Assembly: GCF_009914755.1 (NCBI RefSeq)
Contig: NC_060938.1
Source of the DNA: the human T2T-CHM13v2.0 reference genome, Homo sapiens
Length of the DNA stretch: 64,000 bases
Strand: one strand, 5' to 3'
The position numbers and the translations under genes are program-made. A model generated the notes under the pieces. It did no database searches. It was not told the origin of the DNA and saw nothing but the letters and a program-made list of their open reading frames with translations. Shown one piece after another: positions 1 through 11,990 of the stretch; positions within the stretch are counted from its first letter, which is position 1, and each line of letters starts with the position of its first letter.

Positions 1-461
1 TCTGAATTCAGATTTAACTGCTAACCATTGTTTAAGACCGCAGTGAGATCCACAGGGTAGTCTCAAGGTGTGATTAAGACACTTGGGAGTGGTGGTGGTT
101 AAAAAAAAAAAAAAAATAGAGCCAAAGTGTAAGGAGGCAAGCTGGAGGCACGTGGTTATATGAGGAGAAAAATTGCAGTGAGGCCTTCTCATCACCCTCT
201 TCAGGGTCAATGTGATGGCTTCGTAGAATCAAGTGCAAGTCTGTGGCTCCATTATCTCAACTGGCTAGAAGAGAGTGCTACTAAGGCAGAGGTGGGAGCA
301 TGAAAGTTCACCTAATAGCTTAGTTTTGTTAAGTCTCATTGCCACAGTCTGCACCTTATCCTGATGTTCTCACTGGAAAATAACTAGCCTAGTTCCTGAG
401 AAGGAATTGTGAACAGGGCATTGCCTGTTTGTCAAAAAGTTATTTAAAGTCACTCCAGCTC

Positions 462-645
462 CTCACTTAACCTCTCTATGCCTGTTTCCTCTTCTCGAAA
501 ATTACAGTAATAATTATTACAGTAATAATAGAATAGTACCTATCTCATAGGCTTTTTGGGAGGATTAAATGAGTTAATAATCTGAAGATATTGAAAACCA
601 CACCTGTCATGTGGTAAGTGGTCTTCAAATGCTAATTGTTTTTAT
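462..645 (+). mobile_element. MIR SINE fragment
   Basis: Core-like tcacttaacctctctatgcctgtttcct...tagtacctatctcatagg...ggattaaatgagttaata; internal 15-bp-period duplication of attacagtaataat at 501-529. Confidence 0.8.
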
Positions 646-869
646 CTTTATTAACTGCCATACCCATGTTTGATTGGCAGCTACATCTTGTATGAGTCTT
701 TAATATTTCATCTGTAATTTCTGGGTTGCTCCTGCCACAGAGAAGGAGCAAGGGAGCCATTGGTACTACTGATGAATATTAGGAGGTGGAGACACCTTGA
801 CAACTGCTGAAATGTACTCATGCCTGCCTGCTTGCCCTAACTGCACTTAGTGGCCTGGATTTAGGAGCT

Positions 870-1045
870 GCCAATCTCATTACACACCAGTTTTCATGAC
901 TATCCTCAACTTACTCCTTTCTTACCACTGCTCAGCACTTATCCTAAGTTGACACCAGGCTCATTGGTAATCATGGACTCACTTCTCCCATCTGAAGTAT
1001 TCTTGAGTTGGCTCCCAAGAAGCATTCTCTCTTCATCTCCAACTC
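870..1045 (+). mobile_element. L2 LINE internal fragment (old)
   Basis: Degenerate L2-like pyrimidine-rich sequence (tatcctcaacttact...cagcactt...ttgacac...tggctcccaaga). Confidence 0.4.
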
Positions 1046-1547
1046 AAGGGTGAGCTCCTTTTCGTGGAGGAACTACCCTGTGTGTCCTTTCCCTCCCTCT
1101 CTCCATCACCATCAGCATTCAATTCAGTATTCTGCACACACAGGAGTTTAGTCTCAATTTAAGGTAGGTCAGGTTTCATTCACCCTTGAGCTCCCCTTAG
1201 CACCCACTACAGACTCATTGGAGAGGTGACTATTAGAGGTGCTTGTGGAAATGAATCTCAAATAGTGTCCTTCTGCCTGAGTCCTTCATTGAATCCCTCA
1301 CTTGTATACATGATTCATACTCTGGTAGCTTTGATCATTGTACAAAAGAAAAGTAGTAACTCTTCTTTGGGGCCAGGCCAGGACTGTGGAGCCCAAAGGG
1401 CTTTTGTCATCCCTCCTGGAATGGAGTTACCTGATCTGGATATTGGAATGTTTACATCCTTAGTCCTTGAAAAGGGGAAAAGTTATGCTTATCCTCAATT
1501 GTTTACCATGACCCTTCCTGTCACATCATACTGTTCTACGAACACAA

Positions 1548-1735
1548 GAATCATGGCTAACATTTGTAAACCATCTACTATATGCCAGGTACTCTATAAT
1601 GGAAGGTATTTTACATAAACTTTTTATTTAAGTCTGTGAATTAGGTATAATTCAATGCATTTTTAAAGTTAAAGAAACTGAGGCTTAGAGAGCTACTTGA
1701 CCAAAATCACAAGGCTACTAATTAGTACAAGCCAT
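1548..1735 (-). mobile_element. MIR SINE fragment
   Basis: ggctaacatttgtaaaccatctactatatgccagg...aagaaactgaggcttagagag = reverse-complement MIR core. Confidence 0.7.
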
Positions 1736-1791
1736 TTGATCTAATACTAACACTAACTTGTTGTAACTAGCTTGTCTTGCTCTTAACTTCT

Positions 1792-2150
1792 TATCTCAGT
1801 CCATTTGTGCTGCTGGAACAAAATACCACAGACTGAATAATTTATAAATAATGGAAACTTATTTCTCACAGTCCTGGAGTCTGGGAAGTCCAAGATCCAG
1901 GTGCTGGCACGTTTCATGTCTGCTGAGGGCTGCTCTCTGCTTCCGGGACGACAGCTTGTTGCTACTTCCTCCTAAGGGGAGGCATACTGTGTCCTCACAT
2001 AGCTGACCTTTTATAGAGGTTGCTAATGCCACTCACGAGGGTTCTGCCCTCATGGTTTAACTACTTCCCCAAAGCCCCACCTCTTAATACTTATCACATT
2101 GGTGATTAAGTTTCAACACATGGATTTTAGGCGACAATCAGACCATAGCA
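1792..2150 (-). mobile_element. MaLR solo LTR (MLT1A/MSTD-like)
   Basis: tatctcagtccatttgtgctgct...aaataccacagactg...tctcacagtcctggagtctgggaagtccaagatc...agaccatagca match both ends of the reverse-complemented MaLR LTR. Confidence 0.85.
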
Positions 2151-2981
2151 TTTCTTCTCTACAGGTTTATAAAAATACTTTTTTGTCTTGTATATATTTT
2201 CATTATTTTTCCTGCTTGAGTATACATTTTCATCTCTGAAGACAGGGACACATTTATGGACATTCCTTCCTCTGCTCTCTAAGACTGCAGTGATTTTATG
2301 TGCACATACATACATTGAAAATGTATAGTTGGCTAGATCCTGGACCCCATATAATAGCTTACTGGTTACTATACAGCAGGAGGAACTGAAGAGAAAGAAA
2401 GAATCAACAGCAAAGGTGCCCATACCTGTTGCAATTTGTATTTTGCTCATGTCCTAGTTCAGCCCATCCAAGGGCCAACCCTGATAGGGCTTAAATGTTC
2501 TCAGCATTAGCTTCTCTTCATTAATATCTGTTTGTACCTTTCTTTGATGCCGTATCTATCCTCCATAAGGTACTTATTAATTTTCGCATCATCCTGCTTC
2601 ATGTTGTTCTGTCCATTATCTGTAAGGCTCAAATATAGAAAGAAAGTGCATCCATATCAGTGAGAGACAGTTCAGAGTGATTGTGGGTGAGCTCATGGTT
2701 TCCTGCAGCTGCAGGACTAGAGAGAGCTACTTCATGATGTTGGAGATCTGGAGTTTAGGAAGCCTAGGAGGTATTCAAGCAGCAGTCAGTCAGCTTGCCT
2801 TGCATTTTTAAAAGCATGTCTGCAATTTTATGGTGTGTTCTCCTCTCCCACCACTGCTGTTTTCCTCCATTACTGCTTAGGTTGCTACCCTGAGAGAGAA
2901 GCAGCCATGCTGATTCTTTATCTTTTACCAAAAGGGCAGCAGCAGCATCTCTTTCTAAATTGTTATTATGAAGAGAATAGC

Positions 2982-3348
2982 TACTGTGGTTTGAATATCC
3001 CCTTCAAAACTCATGTAAAATGTAATTGCCATTGTGATGGTATTAAGAGATGGGACCCTTAAGAGGTGATTAGGCCACAAGAGCTCCATTTTCATAAATA
3101 AATTAATATCATTATTTCAAGAGTGGGTTGTTATAAAAACAAACTTGCCCCCGTCTGTGTTTCAGTCTCACCCTCACTTGCCCTTCTGCCTCTGTCATGA
3201 GATGACATAGCATGAAGGCCCTTGTAAAATGTCAGCACCTTGATATTGAACTTCCCAGCATCTGGAACTATGAGAAATCAATTTGTTTTCGTTGTAAATT
3301 ATCCAGCCTATGGTATTCCACTATACAATAACAAAATGGACTAAGACA
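2982..3348 (+). mobile_element. MaLR solo LTR (MSTD-like)
   Basis: tactgtggtttgaatatcccc...gaggtgattaggcc...cttgatattgaacttcccagc...aatggactaagaca. Confidence 0.85.
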
Positions 3349-4479
3349 ATAACCCATCCACACGATACAATGCATGATGTAGAAAGTAAATACATTGAAA
3401 TAAATACAATGCAAAGAAGGTCTTTGTTATCCAAGACGCTCTGTCCTGTTCTGCAGAGTTAACAACCATCATATCTCTCATATGATACTTCTTACTAGAA
3501 AATTCCCAGGCGTACACAGGTGTGTGTGTTTCACCCCTTTTTGCCTTTATAAATGGAATTGGCTGGAATGCTGCTGAGATCCCAGCTGCTGACCCTCCTG
3601 TCAGGTGCCCTGTGGTTCTCATTAGGGCCTCTGGGATACTAACATTCACACAGGCAATGTACTTTCCCTTCCTGACGCCTCTGGGGCCCACCCGGGACCG
3701 TCAAACAGACCCTGCAAAGCTTAGGAGATCAATTCCAACAGAAGTCCAGAGCCATGGTGCTCTTGGAAAAATCACAAACCAAAATATAGAAGTAAGACTT
3801 TTTCTTCCTAAATTTTAGGAAGAATAAGAAAATTTAGTGGACTTATTTGTCCACTAAAATATTAAATGTGAGGAGAGGGGAAGGCAAAACTATGGATGAT
3901 TATTTTCTTTTTTTTATATTTCTGTAACTTTAAATAAGGATCTATATTTATAATGAAAACATTTATTTATAATGAAAAAAACCTCAATCTATCAAAAAAA
4001 AAACAAACCCCAAAAAGTATTGCCAGTTCCCATTGAAGTGGAATCTTAGGCTCTCAACTTATTAAATGTACTAATAAAGTTTTTATTGGTAAGCAGATAC
4101 AAAATCGCTTTATAAGAATCCCCAGGGAATTACTAAGCATTGTTTTGTAATAGTAAAATTGGATCCTAATGAGCATAGTGGTAGAAGTCACTGTCTGCAG
4201 AAATTAGAAATGAAATAGAGTTGATTCTGGGTATGTCTGCATTGAATTAGTAGAGTGTCTTGGAAAGCTTGCTGGACTATGATGTGCACGGTGGGTAACA
4301 GGATCTCCCAGGGTGTTCAAAGCAGCATGATTCCATCCCCAGCTTGCCCTGCTTGTTGAAAATCACTCTCTAGGACAGTATTTTCTGTGCTGTGGGTTTT
4401 AGCCTCTGTGGGCCTGGAATATTACTGCTGGTGACTGTGGACCCTTCCAAACATAACATACTGTCTGCCACAAATAACA

Positions 4480-4660
4480 CAGTTACTATTTATTGAGTGT
4501 TTCTTATGTGCCAGCCACCGTTCTAAGAACTTTCATGCATTTACTTATCCAGTTCAGTAATCCGGTAAAGCTAATAGCATGTTGATTACCTTATGATTGA
4601 GGAAACTGAAACACAAAGGGCTGAAGAAGATTGTCTAGAGTCTCTCTTCTATTAGGAGGT
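4480..4660 (-). mobile_element. MIR SINE fragment
   Basis: tatttattgagtgtttcttatgtgccagcc...gattgaggaaactgaaacaca. Confidence 0.75.
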
Positions 4661-4896
4661 GGGGTCATGGTTAAAAAGAGCCACCTCCTAATCACTAAAC
4701 CATGTCACCTCTCAGATTAGTGGATGACATCTCCTGTATGTGGACCATCTGTCTGTATGTGTGCCTGCGATTGTTTTCCAGATATTTGTAGAGATTGTTG
4801 AGATTGAACAAGCAGAAATTCATATAAGAGCCATACTGAGTTTACATCAGCTTTTGGTCATCAGTATTTTCTGTCAGTGGATCTAAAATGCGACTC

Positions 4897-5070
4897 TTTT
4901 CTTGTGATGATCCTCCAAGTATTTGGCTGTTCTAAAAAGGCTATGGTCCCAAAGGCTGAACGTCATTGTTCTAGAGGAAGGATTTTCCTGTGATGATCCT
5001 CCAAGTATTTGGCTGTTCTAAAAAGGCTATGGTCCCAAAGGCTGAACATCATTGTCCTACAGGAAGGATT
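4897..5070. repeat. Tandem duplication, 86-bp unit x2
   Basis: tgtgatgatcctccaagtatttggctgttctaaaaaggctatggtcccaaaggctgaac at 4903 and 4989; about 4 substitutions over the unit. Confidence 0.95.
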
Positions 5071-5494
5071 TGGTCATCAAACACACACCATCCCTAGTTC
5101 TTTCCCAAACAGCTCTCCTCCAGCTCTGTCATGTCTCCACCAGGATCAAATGGCATGGTCTCTCATTCTTTGTGATGTAGACAGACACTGGTGAGATAAA
5201 TTGATAAGCACTGCTTTGGGAGTCATCTGTTGAAATACAAAAATAACTTTGTAACATAACCTCCTTCTCCTTAGAAACAATTATTGGAGGAATTTATGAA
5301 TTTTACATCTTGTGTGAGAGGCTGACAGAACCTCCAATCAGAAAGGCCGTGTTCTAGCGTCAAATCATCCATCATTTGTGTAACTTTCAGCAAGTCACTC
5401 TACCTCTGTACCTCTGCATTTTCAATTTGCAAGAGTGGTTGCAGAGTTAAACTAGATGATGGTATTATATACTTGTTTTTGGTTTGTCTATTTC

Positions 5495-6950
5495 TTTATT
5501 TTAAAGAATGTTCAATATCTACTCCATAACAGGCATAGCATTAGCTTCAGGATTTCCAGCAGTGAGCCAAACATACAGAGCCCTAGTTCTCATGGGGTTG
5601 ATTTCCTATTTGAGGAAAAGAGACAAAAAGGAAATATACAAATACATACATTATTAGGTGGTGATAAATGCTATGGAGAAAAATAAGAAGAAATAGGGGA
5701 GATAAGGGGGGGGGGTGATTAATTTATGTAGACATTCAGGAAAGGCCTCAATGTTGAAGTAGTATTCAAGCTCATACCTGAGAAAATTAGAGCCTGAGCC
5801 AAAAGGCTATCAGGGCAGATGGTCACAGGCAGCCAGTGCAAAGGACCTGAGGTGGGAATGTGCTTGGTGAGTTGGAGGCACAGGAAGGGGCCTGTGTGGC
5901 TAGTACAGAGGGAGGAAGGCTGAGAGTAGAGATGATATCTGAGCTTCCAAGGGGCCAGAGAATGGAAGGTTTGGGAGTGAGACGGAGCCATGGACAAATT
6001 GAAGCAGAGTGAATATGCTCTGATTTATACTGTTAAAAGTTGATCACTCCTGCGGAGTGTGGATAGAAATTTAGGGACAAGGGAGGGTGGAGGGAGACTA
6101 GTTAGGAGACTATTGTCATAATCCAGGTGGCTTGGCCATGAAGTTAGTGGCGGAAGAGGTCTCATTCTGGGCATATCTTGAAGCTATGCTTGATGGGGTT
6201 GTTGGTAATTGGGTCTGGGGTATGAGAGGAAGGGAGGGGCCAGGGTGACACCAAGCATGTGATTAAGGCCTGAGCACCTGGACTGATGAGCTGTTGTTTG
6301 CTAAGATGGGTAAGGCTGAGAGAGATGCAGTTTTAGGGGAAGGGTTGGATATTAGGGGTTCAGCTTTGGACTTGCATTTCCGTGTCTAGGAGACACTCTA
6401 GTAGAGATATGAAATTGGTGATGGTATGAGTAAGGTTGGAGTTTAGACAAAAATCTAGGCTAGAATTATGGATTTGAGAATCATTAGCATACACATGCTA
6501 TTTAGAGGCTTGAGACTGGATGGAAGCGTAGATAAATTGAGTGTAGCTAGTGGGGGCCAAAGCATTGATTCTCTTCCCAAATGCTAGGGAGCCCTATTAC
6601 TTGGAGCAGGAATTGTCAGACAGTGACCAGATTTTCATGTCTTTTTGTAAATAAAGTTTAATTGGAACCATTCATCTGCATTTCTTTATCTATTGTCTGT
6701 GGCTGTTGTTGAGCTACAACAGGAGAGCTGAGTAGTTGTGACAAAGACTCATGGCCTGCCAAAGGCCAACAAAATCTACCATCTGGCTGTTTAGAGACAG
6801 GGTTTTTGTTTTTGTTTTTGTTTTTTTTGACCCTTGATTTAGAGATCAAGGAGATAAGAGGCATCCAGCAAAGGAAGCTGAGAAGGAATAGCCAGAGAGG
6901 AAAGAAGAGTGCCAAGAGTTCTGCATTGAAGGAAAGATGGTGCCAGGGTT
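5495..6950 (-). mobile_element. L2 (L2a-like) LINE, interrupted by MER58
   Basis: gtgataaatgctatggagaaaaataa, cagtgcaaaggacctgaggtgggaatgtgcttgg, gttaggagactattgtcataatccagg and gagaatcattagcata are typical of the reverse L2 3' region. Confidence 0.85.
6620..6838. mobile_element. MER58-like hAT MITE
   Basis: tttttgtaaataaagtttaattggaac...gagctgagtagttgtgacaaagact...tggcctgccaaaggccaacaaaatctaccatctggc. Confidence 0.75.
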
Positions 6951-7861
6951 TGAACACACAGCATTAGAATACGTGAGGCTGGGCAAGTTACTTCCCCATA
7001 AGGACGGTAGTAGCACAGGATTGGCATAAAAATTAAAGTAGATGATGCATGCAAAACACTTACAGCTGTGCCTGGTATCCAGTAAGTATTCAGTAAATGC
7101 TCTTACAGCATCTACTTCTATTTGCTTAGTCTGTAGTCCTCAGCCAAGGCTCTGTACTGGAGACAAATCAGGATGTTTGAGGATTAGCCCCACCGCCTGA
7201 TCAGGTAAGCCTATGATCTATGCTCAGGGACCTGAGGAAGAAGGAGGAAGGTGAGCCATGTCCCCCGACCCTGACCGTGTACACCCTGTCCCCCAAGAGG
7301 ACCTTGAAGAAGAGCCCTTCAGCATCTGCTTTTTACTTCCTATCTTTGACAAACAGTCTTTATGGAAAGCTTTTGAGCAAACGGCAAATCCATCTTTATG
7401 AGATTACTAATGTCAACACATTTTGTGTATCAGGATTTTATAGGCTCCTGCGGGCCTGTGCCTGTGACAACATTGGCTGGCAGTGCTCGCCTGAGGAATT
7501 ATGCAACATGCCCCTGATGCTGGAGAAGGATCTTGATATCCCACTGAGGCCCGGGACATTTTCTCCCAGAAACAGTCTTGAATGAGAAGCTTGAAGAGGG
7601 GAGTTAGATTTACTGGGGCTTCTCTAAAGATTCTGTGTCCAAAGCTTGAATAGGGAAAGAAATACTTTGCATCCATGTAGCAGGTTCTGCATTCAGCATA
7701 CCAGGTTTGCTCCTAGTTAAAGAGTCATGGAGCCCATGGGAGTGTTTGTTCTTTGGGAATGTCATAAAAGAGAATTTGGCCTCTCCCACTTACATGTTCT
7801 TGCATTTCTTATTGGTCCTTCTCTTGCAATTATTGCTACTTTCCCTGGTCAACCTCTAGAG

Positions 7862-8120
7862 CAGTGGCTTTCCAAGTGCCTTCTGTGGACAGGTAGTATC
7901 AGCATCATCTAGAAACTTAGAGACGCAAATCCTCGGTGCACCCCCAACCCATGGAATCAACCGTTTTTAATGTGTGACCTTTGGCAGATTAGTTACCCCT
8001 CTGAAATCTAGTCTTACCCTATGAAATATGGGAACGTTAATAGCACAGGATTATTGTAAATATTAAATGAGATGATTTTAATGAGTCTTCCAGGCGATTC
8101 TGATTATGCTACAGTTCCAC
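7862..8120. mobile_element. MER5A/MER5A1-like MITE with nested MIR fragment (about 7973-8075)
   Basis: cagtggcttccaagtg...cagcatcatctagaaactt...gcaaatcctcgg...gaatc, then a MIR core, then ttttaatgagtcttccaggcgattctga. Confidence 0.7.
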
Positions 8121-9069
8121 TCCTAAAGATTCTTCTAAAAGATTCCCATTTTTGGACAATTAGAAGTTCCTGCTAAGAGAAATTTTCAGATTTTATCCCT
8201 CTACACATTCGCAACTATTTTTAATCTGAGCTAATCTGCCAATCATCTTTCCAAAATGAATTAATACTCTCCCATTTTCTTAAAAATTTTGTAGGATATC
8301 AACCATTTTAAACTTTTTCTTAAAGACTCAGGGCATCATCATGAATATAATTATTGTTATATTAGATGTTGGGCCTTTGTCATATTTCTATATTTTGTGT
8401 TGTTTACCAGTTTTTTTCAGCTTCTTTAAAAATAGAATCTTTAGTTTGCTACCTTCTTCTTCATTGTCTGGATATCAGCTATTTTTTTAATAGCTATATC
8501 CAGTATTATCCCCATCACTTTCTAATTTTTTACTTTTAACTTGATTTTGCACAAGGACTGAAATAACCAAGATGATTAATAATGTACTCAAAGCAAGAAT
8601 AAATCATTAAACATAATAGTAAATAAATGAGAAGAATTTATTGAGAGGAAATAAATGAGAGGGATTTTTTTTGAAAGTATAAGCTTCTGTACCTGAGTTT
8701 TGCATCATAAAGTCTGGATTCTTGGGTACCTTACTATTTACTTCTGATCATGTCATAGTTGTCTTGAATAACTGAATAGCTGATGTTTTGAATAAATGAA
8801 AAGTTTTTGTAGCATACTCACCACTCAATCATTCTCCTGAATGTTCCACCCTCATCATGTTATACCTTTCTATCCTTTGCATATATTGTTGACATATACA
8901 TTTTCCTAGGTGATACAGTTTGTAACTGATATCATCCAATCACAAGTAAATTACTGCTCTGTGGAATAAAAGGTAATAACTAAATGGGACATGTCTCCTC
9001 TTTCACTCCCTTTTTGCTGTTGTTCCACTTCTCCTGGGCTCCTGATGAAGTCTAGGGGAGAGTATACAG

Positions 9070-9255
9070 GGCTGAGATGTGAACAACCCTAGGATCTAGG
9101 CTTGGCTCTGCCACTAAGTGACTATGTAGAACTAGGCAAATCTCTTGGCCTCTCTGGGCCATGAGATGCAACACTATAAATCAGTACGATAATACTCGCT
9201 TCTCCTTCCTTATAGCAGTAGAGCAAGAATCCAAATAAATAGTACAAGTGAGAAC
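9070..9255 (+). mobile_element. MIR SINE fragment
   Basis: ttggctctgccactaagtgactatgtagaactaggcaaatctcttggcctctctgggcc. Confidence 0.65.
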
Positions 9256-10436
9256 TCAACACAATCTACATCTGTGAAGCATCATTCTTAAGGTATATCC
9301 AGGGCATTTGGCTCCACGTAGACCTAGAGGTTGCTTTCTCAGTCCCTTGTCCGCCCCATATCCAGCTGCCTTGGCTCACAGAGTTTGAGACTGTGCTGTA
9401 TTTTCTGTCATGCTTCAGAGTGTATCAAATCAACACAAATATAAAATAAAGCCATAAAGAGAAGGCTGATATTCACCATAGAAAATGTTGGAGGGAAAGA
9501 CAAAAACACTCAACGACAACTTCACAAACAACCCTTATTATGGCTGTGGAAGACACAATAGTATGTGTAATGTGGTGTTTGGGCTGTATTTGCTGCTTGG
9601 GAATCTGGTGCATTCTGAGATGGAGGGAATGCCAAGTGTTTAGACAACATGCTGCTTGGCGCCTGCAGGTTCCTGGAAAGGACTGGGGTCTCCAGATCTA
9701 GGCTGCCAGCCAGGAGTCTCAGGCAGAGACATGCATTCTACCGTTTAAGGCCTTTCTAGACTTCAGCAGTGAGCAGATACAGGAGCCCTCAAGAAGCTCT
9801 GCAAAAGCCTACCACCACTGAGATCCAGGACATAATATGCATTCCTAAGCAGGCTGCTGCCTTTGGCTGAGTCTATCTGGGGGCCTTCTCTCTGCAGGAG
9901 AGGATGCTAACAGCTACTGTTCCTGAAGGACTCATAAGAAGACTTCTGTGCACTTCCAGCCTCCCACATGAAGCTTCTGGAAGGGCTAACCCGGTTCATT
10001 TCATCTACTTGCTGCCTATGCCAATCCTATCCCCTCTTCAAAGCCCAGTTTAAGTCTGACCTTCCCCATGAAATCACCAAAGCCTTTAGTCTTCATGACC
10101 CCTCCTGCCTCTGGCGGTCTCTTGCACTTGTTGCCTGAGATTCTCTTAAGCTCTTTTCATCTGCTGCCTTGTTAGTTAAATTTACTCTGAGTGTGTTTTA
10201 TCTTGTTTCCTCAGCTGGATTGTCTGCATCTTGGGGGAAGGGAAAGTTCTTATAAATCCTGGTTCTGCTCTTGGGCCAGGACATGCCTGGGGCAGCAGGT
10301 GTGTCTTCCCCACCTAGACTGAGGAATTGTGTCTCAGGGGCTGGGCTGGATTCCGCAGGAGGGAGGCCAGGGCTGCCAAGAGCAGGAGAGCCAGAGAAAA
10401 GAATCAAATGGCCTTAAATTTGATTTAAGTTTCAAA

Positions 10437-10567
10437 TTGCTTGAACCCAGGAGGCGGAGGTTGTAGTGAGCCAAATCGCACCATTGCACTCCAGCCTGGG
10501 CGACAAGAGTGAAACTCCGTTTGAAACAAACAAACAAAAAAACAAACAAACAAACAAACAAAAACAA
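10437..10567 (+). mobile_element. Alu 3' (right-arm) fragment, AluS-like, with (AAAC)n tail
   Basis: ttgcttgaacccaggaggcggaggttg...ccagcctgggcgacaagagtgaaactccgt followed by an A/C-rich tail. Confidence 0.9.
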
Positions 10568-11197
10568 GCCTGGCAACTGCTGCCAAGTGTCTCATCCAAA
10601 GAAGGAAGGGGGATCGAAACCAAAGAATTGTGAAGTCACAGGATCAACAGTCAGGCAAGTGGCTAAGGACTCAGGCTATGAAGGGTCCTCTGCCACGGTT
10701 AGGAGGTTTCTTTGTTGTTTTGTGGTGCTCTTTGTGGTGTAGAAACAGGTCATTTCTCTACAAGGATTCATGCAGGTTGGACAGTTCCATCATGGTCTGC
10801 TCCCAAGCATGGGGCCTGTAGAAGTAATGACTTTTCTTCTGGTCCCAGTCCACAAAGAGATCGTGATCCCATTCCCCTTACCTGTACAATGCAGGGGTGA
10901 GACTCAATCCTTTCTTGAGTCCCAGTAAATGACTTGAGAGATTGTGAGCAGACCAATATCTTCTGTAAATGACTGGATATTCCAGGGAATACTTTCAAAA
11001 AGCATCTTGGACATAAAAACTTTTTTTTTTCATAAGCAGTGGAGGCTTGGGGTCAAAAGCTAGACCATTCCTAAAGGAAAGTTTGATAGTTTCTTCTTTG
11101 GGAGTGAAAACCCTATGCATTTAAGAACAGAAAGGAAAGCTTGCATAGGTCTGAAAATGGAAAATAGGCCTATTTCCTTTAAGAATAGTAAATTTCA

Positions 11198-11496
11198 GGC
11201 CAGATGCACTGGCTCATGCCTGTAATCCCAGGACTTTCGGAGGCTGAGGTGGGCAGATCACTTGAGATCAGGAGTTCAAGACCATCCTGGCCAACATGGC
11301 AAAACCTTCTCTCTACTAAAAAATACAAAAATTAGCTGGGTGTGGTGGCACGTGGCTGTAATTCCAGCTACTCGGGAAGCTGAGGCACAAGAAGCAGAGG
11401 TTGCAGTAAGCCAAGAGCAGGCCACTGCACTCCAGCCAGGGAGACAGAAGGAGACTCTGTCTCAAAACAAACAAACAAACAAACAAAAAACCAAAA
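11198..11496 (+). mobile_element. AluS-like SINE with short right-arm deletion
   Basis: Full dimer; TSD aagaatagtaaatttca (11181-11197) / aagaatggtaaattcca (11497-11513). Confidence 0.95.
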
Positions 11497-11828
11497 AAGA
11501 ATGGTAAATTCCAATTAACAACAGGAGATGGAACAAATGGTGGACAGTGACTGTCATCAGAGAAGTAAATGCTATGTCTGCAAAAAAGAGGTGAGGGCAC
11601 AGTGATGCGTAGAGACCCCTGGCTTTAATTATCCCATGCCTTGGTGTTACTGGTCCTCTGGAGATCTACTTAACAGGAAGTAGTGAGCTATGTCCCCACA
11701 AAAGCATCCCAGAGGCCATTTCTGAGCAGGATGGCCTGTGGGAGTCGAGTGGTCAGTTGCCATGGTTAGCAGAGATTTCCTGCTGAGAAGTCGCCCCTAT
11801 GTGTGCACATGGACAGTGTTGGGTAGAG

Positions 11829-11990
11829 CAATGCTCCTTCAACTTTAGTGTGTTTACCATCACCTGGGGATCTTGTTGAGCTACACGTTCTGATTTCATA
11901 GGCCTGGAGTGGAACCCAAGACTGTGTTTCTAACTAGCTTCCAGGTGCTGTCCATATTGCGGGGCTGTGGACCACATTTTGAGTAGCGTG
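11829..11990. mobile_element. MER5-family hAT MITE
   Basis: catcacctggggatcttgtt...ttctgatttcataggcctggagtggaacccaaga...ccaggtgctg...ggaccacattttgagtagc. Confidence 0.75.

Noticed and set aside
2701-2716. Perfect 16-bp palindrome tcctgcagctgcagga
   Set aside because: About one 16-bp palindrome is expected by chance in 64 kb.
7137-7210. Possible plus-strand exon ending at CAG|GTAAGC (7204/7205)
   Set aside because: Weak acceptor, 68 nt, and no recognisable coding content; indistinguishable from a pseudo-exon.
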